Assembly: GCA_038087875.1 (NCBI GenBank)
Contig: JAXLNO010000079.1
Coordinates: forward strand, 62,001-126,000
Reading direction: 5' to 3'
Source of the DNA: Malacoraja senta
Lineage: Eukaryota
Length of the DNA: 64,000 bases
This document shows, piece by piece, positions 26,501 through 38,500 of this stretch. The notes under the pieces were generated by a model, which was not told where the DNA came from, ran no database searches, and saw only the letters and a program-made list of their open reading frames with translations. The position numbers were made by a program, and so were the translations under genes. The stretch's first letter is position 1; each line of letters starts with the position of its first letter.

Positions 26501-29500
26501 CGCCAACACAGCTCCGAAGTCCTGTCCGCAGCCGGAACGACGCCACAGCTCCGAAGTCGGGCCCCGCCGCCGGAACGCCGCCACAGCTCTGAAGTCGGGT
26601 CCGCCGTCGGAACGCTGCCACAGCCCCGAGGCCACCAGCTCCGCCATTAGGCCTCAGCGCAGACGGAGACAGAGACGGGGAACACGACAAGAAAAAGTCG
26701 CATCCCCCCGAAGAGACTAAAACCATGTTTCTCCCACCCCCCCACACATACACAACCTAATAAACTAAAATTTAACTAAAACAGACAAAAGAAAACAATG
26801 GAAAAAACAGACGGATTGCAGGCGAGCCGCCTACCCTTTGCACAGCTGTAATACCGACACATCCGATTTCACCTTCTCCCTTTCAAATTGTAGGTTAAAC
26901 TCGTGAGGCCCATTATCAGACAGATTTCTATCTGTGTTCACATGGCCCAGGCTGAGTACGAGGAGACAGGGATTCAGGGGATAGTCCATCTCTCTCATGG
27001 TCAGCTAATGGTCTCAATTAACAACCCATACATGGCAGTCATGGCTGATTGGTTGAGAATCAATGGGTTATGCAAATATTAATGTACGTGATCCTTCATG
27101 ATTCTTCCTTGCTCATCTACGTTTATATTCAGAAAGTTTTCTAATGCTGGGACTCTGTATTGGTTGTTTACAAAATGGCATTGCATTATATAAAAACACT
27201 ATTACAGAGCATAATAAGAATTAAATAAGGACATATCAAGAGCAACAACAATTTCAACCAAAAAGAAATTCCCATCTTGAAAGTACCAAATAGAACAAAG
27301 TTTGTGCTAAACACAATCAGCATTTCAGTAAAAAAGTTCTGTCAAAAATGGTGTTAGGCAGTTTACCAGTTACAGGGAGCTGGAGATGACATGAATATTG
27401 TCATCTGCAGCGATGCTGGTGCCCACAAGCTAAATGCAGAACACCAGACAATGGTGTATTTAACCACCTTCAGCCAGAAGCTGTGCTTTTTTTGCAGACA
27501 TAAGGGTGTCAGTACGCATCTTTAATAAACGTATCTGTCATGAGGTCGGAAAATTGGGGTTTAACCTTTTCGACCTGCACGTACATTGTACGAAAAGCAC
27601 TTGTCATTAGTATCAACTGAGTATCTGGAGAGATATTGAGATATAAAATGAGTACAGGTCCACCACTGATTTTCCAGCACCCTTGGTTCCAGAGCCTTTC
27701 TGAATTATCCATTTTGCTGGACCACGGCTTCCGAGAGGAGTCAAACGATACTGGAACGGTCCACCTAGGCCATCGAGGGGCTGAGATACCCGCCTGCAAA
27801 GTTGGCCGTTGAAATCGGCTATGGAAACGGATCCGCTGCTCCAGCCAGGCCACAGTTCCAGAGCCCCAGCCGCAGGGGGAAAAGTCGACCCGCTGATCGG
27901 TCGTGGAAGTCCCAATGAGGCTGAGATCGCCCGTCTCAGCCGGCCTAGGTGCCAAATTTTCTGGGGAAGTTCAAGTGTGCTCTCATAATTTTGTCTGGAT
28001 GAAAGGAGGTGCCGGACTACCAGTTGCCTGAAAATCGGTGTTGGACCTGTATTAATAACAACACCAATCTATCAACAATCAACAATCAGTTTTATTCGTC
28101 ACATTGCACATAAAGTGCAAGTGAAATGAATTTGCCAGCAGCAGTACCATGAAAAAGCACACACAAAAACACACTAAATATTTAACACAAACATCCACCA
28201 CAGCATTCATCACTGTGGTGAAAGGCACAAAAATTGGCCAGTCCTCCTCCATTTTCCCCCGTGGCCGGGACCTCAACCCTCCGCAGCCGTCGCTGCGGGA
28301 TTCCAGATGTGCAGACAAGGTACAAGTCCAGATAAGTCCTGAAACGGTGCCTCCCCCACCGGAGACCGCAGGCTTTAGGTTGGTGTAGGCTGCAGGCCGG
28401 CGGTCGGAGATTTAAAGTTCGTGCCGCAGCCAGAAGCACCGCAGACTGCAGGGCCGGCAGTCGAAGCTCCCCTCCAGGGATCCCCGGCGAGGGACCCCGC
28501 TCCTGATGGTAAGTCCACGCCGCGCCCGCGGTAGTCCGCTGGAGGGCACTATCATTGCACCATTCAGCCCCTCATTAAATTTGATTCATCTCACCAGAAA
28601 TTGCTGAATGCATTGACAACAGCAAAGGCAAAGGGTTTGAATCATGTCCTGGTTGTAGTAATGAAGACATGCACCAAAATTAGCCGTGCTTTCAGCCAAG
28701 TTGTTTCAGTGTGGAATATTTTTTATTTAATTTTTAATTTTTTTTTATTTATTAGAAGTACATTACATTACAACCACATACATTAGTACTCGTCACTTAT
28801 ATCTTCTTACAATTAATGTACTCCGTTTGTTTTTTACACTAGAAAAGGGAAAGGGTGAGATTGAGAGAAAGAAGAAGAAAGTGAAGGAAAAAGTGAAAGT
28901 GTAGAAAGTGTGACAACAAGAAAGAACGAAGACCCTATAAGAACAAAATTAAAAACAAAAGAAAAAGAGTTAAGAAATAGACCCTAGAAAAGAAAGAGAA
29001 AGAGGGAAAAGAGAAAAACAAATAGTTTTTATGAGCATTACGCAAATGGGACATACCAACTCTCCAACTTTCATCCCCCCTTACCTGACCTCAGGTTTTT
29101 TTTAAAGTACCTTTGCACCCTATTTTTGTAATAATTCTATAAATACAGACCACGTCAGGTGGAAGTGATCTGGTTTACCTGCCAGGAGGAGTCTTATCTC
29201 TTCTAGGTGTAATGTTTCGAACATATTTGAGATCCACATGTTTATAGTTGGTATTGGAGCCTTCTTCCAAAATTTTAGGATTAGCTTTTTTCCAGTTATT
29301 AACCCGTAGTCTATTAGTTTCTTTTGAAACACATTTAGTTCTGGACCATCTTCCGTTATTCCGAAGATAATCCATTCTGCTTTGGGTATCAGTTTTATTT
29401 TAAATAATTTTGTAAAGATTTCGAAAATTTCAATCCAACATTTTTGAATTTTTGTACAGAAAACAAATGAGTGCGCTATAGTAGCTTCTTGGGATTGACA

Positions 29501-32500
29501 TTTATCACAAATGGGAAAATTTTATGGATTTTAGTTTTGGAATAATATAATCTATGTAAAATTTTAAATTGTATTAAAGTGTGTCTTACATTAATCGAAC
29601 ATTTATGCACGTTTAATAAGTGTTCATTCCACCTTTCCTTTGAAATTTTAATAGCTAACTCTTGTTCCCAGTCTCTTCTGATACCCTCCGCAGATGGTAT
29701 TTCTACATTTAAGATAATATTATACAAATATGATATTAAGTTTGCTGATTCAGCTTTTATCTGCATTGCATCATCCAATACATCTGCTGAGCTATTATAA
29801 TGATCTTTTGTATATTTTTTCAAATAGTCGCATATTTGAAAATATTTAAAATATTGATTTCCGAGTTTATATTTTATTTGTAATTGTTGAAATGAAAGTA
29901 ATTTTCCAGTTTCATATAAGTCACCGAACGTTTTAATTCCTAGTCTATCCCAATGTATGAAAGATTTATCTATAGTAGAGGGATTAAACGAAGGGTTATT
30001 AACTATGGGAGATAAAAGTGATAAATTTCTTAATTTTAAATTTTGTTTTATTTGTTTCCAAATTCGGATTGTGCTATTTATAATTGGGTTCTTATTATAA
30101 TTTATATTATTCAGTTTCATTGGTGAGAGGAGGATCGCTCCAATGTTTCCAGAGGAGCAATCCTCTTTCTCCATTACAATCCTGTCCACTTGCTGGGCAG
30201 AGTTATCCATCAGTTGAATCATATTTTTAATATTTACTGACCAATAATAATACATGAAATTAGGTAGTGCTAAACCCCCTAATACTTTAGGTTTATTCAA
30301 GTGAGTTTTTTGTATTCTATGTGATTTATAGTCCCATATAAAATTAGTGATATCTGAGTCCAGTTTAAAAAAAACCATCTTTGGTAAGTATATAGGAATT
30401 GATTGAAATAGGTATAGAATTTGTGGTAGAAAGATCATTTTTATTGCATTTATTCGGCCTATTAAAGACCGGGAGCGTTTTCCAAAATTTAATTAGTGTG
30501 TTTAATTTATTAAGTAGGGGATCAAAATTTGCTTTAAACATAGCTTGGTATGTTCTAGTAATTTAGATTCCCAAGTATTTAAATTTTTCTGTAGCTATTT
30601 TAAAAGGGAATTTTAAAAGATGTGTTGAATCTTTCGGTTTTATTGACATAATTTCACTTTTATTCCAATTTATTCTGTATCCAGAAAAAGATCCAAAGTC
30701 TTCAATTAAATTTAATATATTTGGTATAGTGATTTGAGGTTTTGTAATGTACAGTAATATGTCATCCGCGTATAAAGATATTTTATTATTTGAATCTTTA
30801 GCATTATACCCATGGATATCAGGGTGTATTCTAATTTTTTCTGCTAGCGGTTCAATAATAAGAGCAAACAACTGTGGTGATAATGAGCATCCTTGTCTGT
30901 TTCCCCTTGATAGTTGGAATTTCGAGGATAATATGTTATTAGTTAATATTCTAGCTGTAGGTTTATTATATATTAATTTAATCCATAGAATAAAATTCTC
31001 TTCCAGTTGGAATTTTTGTAATACTTTATCCATATAATTCCATTCTACTTGGTCAAATGCTTTTTCAGCATCCAGCGAGATAATTGATAATTCTTGTTCT
31101 TCAGATTTGTGTGAGTGCATTATGTCTCATATTGTTAGATGAGTATCTCTTAGGGATAAACCCCGTCTGATCTGGGTTTATTAATTTACTTCAGTGTGGA
31201 ATATTAGTGGCATTCAGCTGCTGTAGAGCAACTGACACATACTCAAAGTAAAGATCCAACAGGTTTATTGGCATATAATAAAGTTACACAGCATACAATA
31301 CAATACAATACGGTTTTATTCGTCACATTGCACATAAAGTGCAAGTGAAATGAATTTGCCAGCAGCGGTACAATGATAAAGAACACACAATACACAATAA
31401 AAAGTTAACACAAACATCCACCACAGCATTCATCACTGGTGGAAGGCACACAATTTGGCCAGTCCTCCTCCATTTTCCCCTGTGGTCGGGACATCAACCC
31501 TCCGCAGCCGTCGCTGCGGGCGTCCAGACAGGTAAGTCCAGAGTCTGCTCTTCCCCACCAGAGACCGCAGGGCCGGCGGTCGAAGCTCCCCTCCAGGGCT
31601 GATGGTAAGTCCACGCCGTGCCCGCGGTAGAAGTAGGCCCCGGGCCGGCAGTGGTGCTTCTTCTTCCCCCGGGTCCCCCACGAGGGATCCCGGGCTGCGG
31701 ACGCCGTGCCAGCTGGAGCTCTGCAGACCGCGGCTTCAGGCTGCCGGCTGCCGCGGGCCAGCGAAAAGGAGCGCTCCCCTCCGGCGAGCCCCGTTGAGGG
31801 CTCACCCGCTCCACGACGAGAGTCCGCGCTTCGCCCGCCGCTGAAGCCCCAGGCGCGTCTCCGGGAAAGGCCGCCCGATCCTCGATGTTAGGCCACGGGG
31901 GAGGCGACCTGGAAAAAGTCACCTCTCCGTGGAGGAGGCGACCGAAGCGGTTTCCCCCTCACCCCCCCACACCACCCCCCACACAAGACACACAGAGAAA
32001 CATTGTTGGCATCACCGTGTCTGCATCATGACTGGCTGCTTGTGGCAGGAGCCGTTAGTATGAATGGTGCCGGAATGATTAAAAACCCGGACTCGATTAT
32101 AGATAATAACGGTGTGTAGCATTTGTGTGTTAGTATTGGTTAACATGTAAATAGAGCAGATCTACAGCTGCCAAAAAATATGACCCTGGTATATGTTTTC
32201 CATAAAATGCAGGACAATTCAGTAATACATGATCCTCATGGTCTGCTAACAATCATTACCAAAATGATGGAGGTACAATAACTGGTGTTATCAGGCAGCT
32301 CCGAGAAATGATCTCGTCACTGATGCTTAGTTTGTCCTCTGCCAAGGCAAGGTAGCTCCAGACCACCTCACAGACTTGTACCAAACTGGAATGTACCATT
32401 GACATTGTGGCGTTAGGATGTCCAAGTGAAGCTGTGGTTAATCGGGCTAGTCGTAATCAACACACAAGACAGCTGTTGCGGTTGGTTGATGGTCATAGAC

Positions 32501-35500
32501 ACTGAGCCAAGAGGTCTTCAGGTGTTCAATAACTTGCCATCCTATTTGGCACAGACATTGTGGGCCGAATGGACTGTTCCTGTGCTGCACTAAGTGATGT
32601 TCTATTCTGCAATCAGGCAATGAGATTCAGGTTTGAACAGGTGTTCCATAATTAACCTTTCCTTCATCAGAAGGTCATAATATATTCACCAATGATTAGC
32701 ATATACAGCCCTATTGTTAGCTACAGAGAGAATGAAGCAGTCCTTATTTTCAAACAATAAAAACTGGACATCTGGTTTTAAATGGATAACTAGAAATGTA
32801 TGTGTTCCACCAAAGCACCAAGCAACGGCCTTCACCAACATCACCCCCCTATAGCACTGAATAGACAATAGACAAATGACATTACAATTTGGCAATCTAC
32901 CTTCTATCAATAAGCTGGAAGAGGACCATCACCTCTGGCCACATTAACCACAATAGCATGGCTAAAGGAACTGATCACAGGCTGGACATTCTGCAGCCAG
33001 TGACTCACTTTTTGAAGTTTGTTCACTCTTTTCAAGATTAGCAGCATTAGATGAGTGTATGTCCGACAGTAACCAAGCATGGTATCATCCAAGACAAAGC
33101 AGTCCATCCACCATCTGTTCAATGTAGAAGATGCCATTGAACAACTTACAAAGCCATCCCAATATCACCTCACTAACTGTGATCTCCATTGCTCAGAAGG
33201 ACATGGCAGTAGTCAGGGGGGGGGAGATGGAGGGCAGAAACTGAGGGGCTTATAAGGGCTTAGGAAGGGAAGGGGGGGAAGTGGGAGTTTTAGTGGATAC
33301 TGTTGTGAAGAACTCATTAGCATGAAGACACGAGACTGCAGATCTGGAATCTCGAGTAAAGAACAAATTCTGGAAGAACTCAGTGGGTCAGGCAGCATTT
33401 GTGGAGGGAATGGACAGGTGACGTTCGGGTAAGGAACCTTGTTCAGACTAAAGGATTAGGGTGGAGAAAATTGGAAACGAGAGGTGGGGGTGGGGGTGAG
33501 GCAATGCCTGACAAATGATAGGTGGATACAGGTTAGGAAGGGTGTTTGGCAGATGGGTGGAGTGAACTACAAAGGCTAGAGGTAAAAAGGAGATAAAAGG
33601 GTGTTGGATAAGAAGAGAGGAGGAATGAAAGGTCAAGCCGAAAGGAGAGTCTGAAGAAGGGTTTCGACCCGAAACTTTGCCTATTTCCTTCGTTCCATAG
33701 ATGCTGCCTCACCCGCTGAGTTTCTCCAGCATTTTGTCTACCTCCAAAAGGAGATATGGGGGGATGGGGATGAGGGGGGGGGAGGAGGAGAAAGGGGGGG
33801 GGGCGGTGGGAGATGAGTGCAACATACCCCTACAGCTCTCTCTTTCCCATTACCTCACCTGTCTGGACCCATCTCATTGAACACACATTTCCCCAACCAC
33901 CTCCCATCTACCCAATCACCTTGTTCCTTTCCACTCCTCAATTTGCTTATCTCCCTCCTACGCCCCATCCCCCCCACCCCTAACTCTTTTCCCTCCTCCA
34001 CTCAATCCCATCACAGATGCTGCCTAAACTGCTGAGTTCCTCCTTTACCATGGCTTTTTGGGCTCATCATCTTATTAAGGAAAACCAGACCAAGGAAATG
34101 ATTGCTAACCTTGTTAGCAATGGGCCCAGTCTCATGAATGATAAAAAATATTCAGTTAAGTAGTTTTTAACTTACCAATAGGTGAAGCACCAAACTCAGA
34201 ATCACTTGTTCTGTTCCCACTTCGAGTAGGTGGCCGAGAGTTTTGCTGTGAATACAGGTCGCTCTCTGTACTGGGACATCTACTTTCATGTTTTTCCAGA
34301 GCAGTTCCCAACCTGCAAAGTCAGTTGAAAGTAAACTGCGCAGAACAAATAAATCTGGCTGCATAAATAAAAATGAATGCTCAATAAAACATTTGAAGAA
34401 ACATTCAATGTAACAGAAACTACACAACTCAGTGTTTCCACTTTGAAGGAAATTACCTGAAATTCGGGAAATTCTGGTTATCTTCGGGTAATTTTAGGGA
34501 AGTGAAATCATTTCGGGAAATTTCCTGGCCCGGTAAGCCTTCCCCAACTGTGCATGTGCGACTGCCGCCCCAACTGCGAACGCGCGGAATCCGGGCCCAC
34601 TGCGCATGCGCGGGCAGACGCCAAAGGGTCCAATCAGATCCGAGGGATGATTTGCGGGAAAAAAGTATGCACCTGTATATTTACGACCATCCGCGAAAAT
34701 GGCGCCGGTGATGCGGTAGGGACGCCGACCCCGCGCGTGCGCAGTGGGCCCGGTATCCGCACGTGTGCAGTTGGGGCGGCAGTCGCACATGCGCAGTTGG
34801 GGAAGGCTTACCAGGGCGGAAAATACCATCAAATTCCAGGTAATTTAAATTCTATTTTAGGAAGAAAAAAAATTGAGGTGTGGAAGTACTGATACAACTC
34901 CTCTATTCATATCAGGCTCTATATGCTTCTTGCATGTTACATTATCCTTTATTCCATGACATTTTTCTTTCATATAATTTTGACTTATTTTTTGGTTTCC
35001 ATTTCTAGCTGTTTCCTTCAGTAAAAAATAATACCTCTTCAGTAACTGTTCCATTCAAAGTATTTCATACAATACATATCAGTGGTCATGTGCCATGAAT
35101 CATATAATTGCATAATTGAGAGAACTATAACTATTTATCTTGTGTCAAATATTAATCATCACAAAAGAGCAACTGTCACATATTCTAATTTAAAACAGAC
35201 ACAGAAAGTTTGTTGCACTATGAATTATAAATTTTAATTGGGAACCTGAAAAAAGCGTTATGATTCTTGATTTTATTAAATTAGATAGTTTTCAGCATAC
35301 TTACGGTACATAACCCAACCTGTGCATGCCTGGGGTGACTGGTCGTCGGAGGGGCTCATCAATACCTTCTTTCAAAGGTCCCACTGGCTTTCTTTTAGCT
35401 TTCATTGTGTTTGTCATTATCTGTAAAAAAATTGAAAATGTAGTGAAAAACAGAACGTGCACTTTTTCATATTATAACTGTTTATGTTCCTTTACGTTTA

Positions 35501-38500
35501 CTTAGACATGGAGCTATAAGCAAGGAAGCAGGCCCTTCAGCCCACCATGTCCATGCCGACCAAGATGGTATCCTGGACCAGTCCCATTTGCCGACATTTG
35601 GCTCGCATCCCTCTACACCCTTCCTTTACAGGGCACATACATGTAACTTCCCAACTAGTACCCAAGTACAGATTTTTAAAAATCAGGAGAACTTCTGCAT
35701 TTATCCAGATAATGAAACTATATTCAATGATTTTAAACATTCATAAGATGTTTGCTATACCAAATTGTTATAACATTTAACGTCTTCAGATTCAGTTTCC
35801 AAAAAATGTTTTGATGGTTTATTTATAAACCGAGTCAAAACAGCTGAAAGTATCTTTACGGCAGAAATTTTTTGCTAGTTGTACATTGTCTTCATAACAT
35901 CATAAGTGGTAGGAGCAGAATTAGGCCATTCGGCCCATCAAGTCTACTCTGCCATCCAATCATGGCTGATCTATCTCTCCCTCCTCACCCCATTTTCCTG
36001 CCTTCTCCCTATAATCTCCGTCACATGTACGAAATAATAAAAAACAAAATAAAAAACATTATTGCAAGAGTGTTTTCTTGGCAGATATGTCCAAAAACTT
36101 TACCACTAAATCTATATCTATATAATACTAAAAGTCTTGTCGTTTGTCTGTCTGTGAGATCAAGGAACTACGCCAAAATGGTACACAATAGCGCAAAAAT
36201 CTTTGCAGAATCTTACTCAGCTTTTTCCCATTTCGGGGACTTAGCTGTACAAGGATTTCTTGTTTTTTTCCCCAATCTTGCTACAAAAGTACATCACTGA
36301 GAGCAATGTGTTTTAGCAACTCCAGAGGTTGTGAAATCTACTCTGGAAATACAAATCTTCCTTTCTTTAAAATGTTCTATTGATGCAATAATTACCTACA
36401 CCGTAAATATTTGACAATAGTCTTCAGTATTCAACTTACAGTGTGTCCAGATGTCTGACAATGAACACCCACCCCAAGGTACTCAGCCGTCAGTAGCCTT
36501 TCTCCTGATAACTCTCCAGGCTGAGGTTTCAGTATCTCAGCCTTGTCCAAGTCAGCTTCCATCGCATCTGGGTCATCCTCGCATTGAATTACACAAATAA
36601 ACCATGTTATACATTTTAGTGCTTCTTCACTTATTACACCAGTTGAATCTTTTAGAGATTAAAGGAAATAAATGCACTATAATATTTGGAGTGTTGAACA
36701 CTTTACATCATGAATTAATTAATGGCAACAAATTAAACAGAGACAGGGAAATTGCCATTCTAAAATAGAAAATGTTTTGTTAATTTCTTGGAGGAGCAGT
36801 AAACGATGAAAAGTTCAGAAAGTAGTCAATTATATATATTTTTCATTCCACCTTCATAAAACAAACCATTAACATTTGTTTGACTAATTAAACAGGCTAA
36901 TGGCAAAATGGAATTTACAACTATTTTTCACTTGCACATAATCCAGAAAAGTGTGTGTACATTAATACATTCAGACTGCAGCAAAAATCATCAGAGGCTT
37001 CCTCAATGTATGTTAGAACTCACTATGTCTTTATTTTAGCCAGTTTGATCAAACTGGAGACCTTTTAAAAACAAATTGAGTTGATTGGCAGAAAAAAAAG
37101 ATTGTGGGAAGAAATGTCAACAGTTGTAAATATAACTTTCATTTCGATATGTCTTGGTTTCAGCCAAATGTTTGCTGTTTATTTTATCCAAATTCTAATA
37201 GAAGTCTGTTCACGGAGCCCAGGACTTGCAACTTGGGCAGTTTCCTTTGCCAAGGCGCTGCAGAGTCTTCTAGACTCCCTTGGTGGGGGATGATTGTGAG
37301 GGACTTATGCAAGTTTTAAATAAAAGTTAGTATTTTTGATTTGAAATGTTTTAAATTTGATAATGTTAATACTCAACTAATGTTTTAGAATTCCACAAAT
37401 TATACAGGGCCCTTTATAGGCTTGACAAGCAACCCAGTCATAAGACTACCAAAACATTTTAATGTTTGCAGCCTGTTCTTGCTTTGCATCCACGTGATCC
37501 AATTACAATGTGGAAACTTTGTTGACGTTTCTGGGCTGAGAGTTGCCACTGGGGAGGGAAATCAGGCACCAACAGGGAATGCAGGGAGCTCATTGTTAAC
37601 AGCTAACTCTTTGTCAGCTTCTTCTAGCCCTGCACATTTTTCTCAAAGTAAGATAGGAAAAAAAATCATAGATTATTCACACAAAAGCACATTGACAAAT
37701 GAAAAACCATATAGGCTACAGCAAGTTGTTTAATGTATTTATTTATTTTTAAAGTATTTATTTTGTAAGTATTTATTTTAAAAGTATATATTTTGAAACA
37801 TTAAGTCAGAGTTTTTAAAATTGTAACCAATCTCTAGCAAAAAAACTGCACCTACTTCATCATCATCTTCCTCTTCATCATCAGAATCTGATTCAAGCCT
37901 CTCTTCTGCTAGATCACAAAATCAAAGACTGGTTACAACATTCTTGCTATTGAGGGAGTGCAGCATAGGTTCACCAAATTAATTCCCAGGATGGCGGGAC
38001 TGGCATATGATGAAAGAATGGGTCAACTGGGCATGTATTCACTGGAATTTAGAAAGATGAGAGGGGATCTTATCGAAACATATAAAATTCTTAAGGTACA
38101 CAAAAATGCTGGAGAAACTCAGCGGGTGCAGCAGCATCTATGGAGCGAAGGAGATAGGCAACGTTTCGGGCCGAAACCCTTCTTCAAAATTCTTAAGGGA
38201 TTGGACAGGGTAGATGCAGGAAAAATGTTCCCAATGTTGGGGGGAGTCCAGAACCAGGGATCACAGTTTAAGAATAAGGGATAAACCATTTAGGGCAGAG
38301 ATGAAGAAAAACGTTTTCAGCCAGAGAGTTGTGAATCTGGAATTCTCTGCCACAGAAGGAAGTTGAGGCCAATTCACGGGAAATATTCAAGCGAGAGTTA
38401 GATGTAGCTCTTAGGGCTAACGGAATCAAGGGATATGGGGAAACAGCAGGAACGGGGCACTGACTGGATGATCAGCTGGGGAACCTCCCTCCAGCCCAGG

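Noticed and set aside
26434..26624. Regularly spaced repeat resembling a CRISPR array
   Set aside because: Units are head-to-tail with no unique spacers, there are no cas genes and the context is eukaryotic; it is a minisatellite.
32690..32720. 31-nt candidate ARMC9 micro-exon (ctgtag|..[10 protein letters not shown]..|gtgaat)
   Set aside because: It would shift the frame if added; it is only phase-compatible as an alternative to the 106-nt exon; the donor is weak and there is no homology support.
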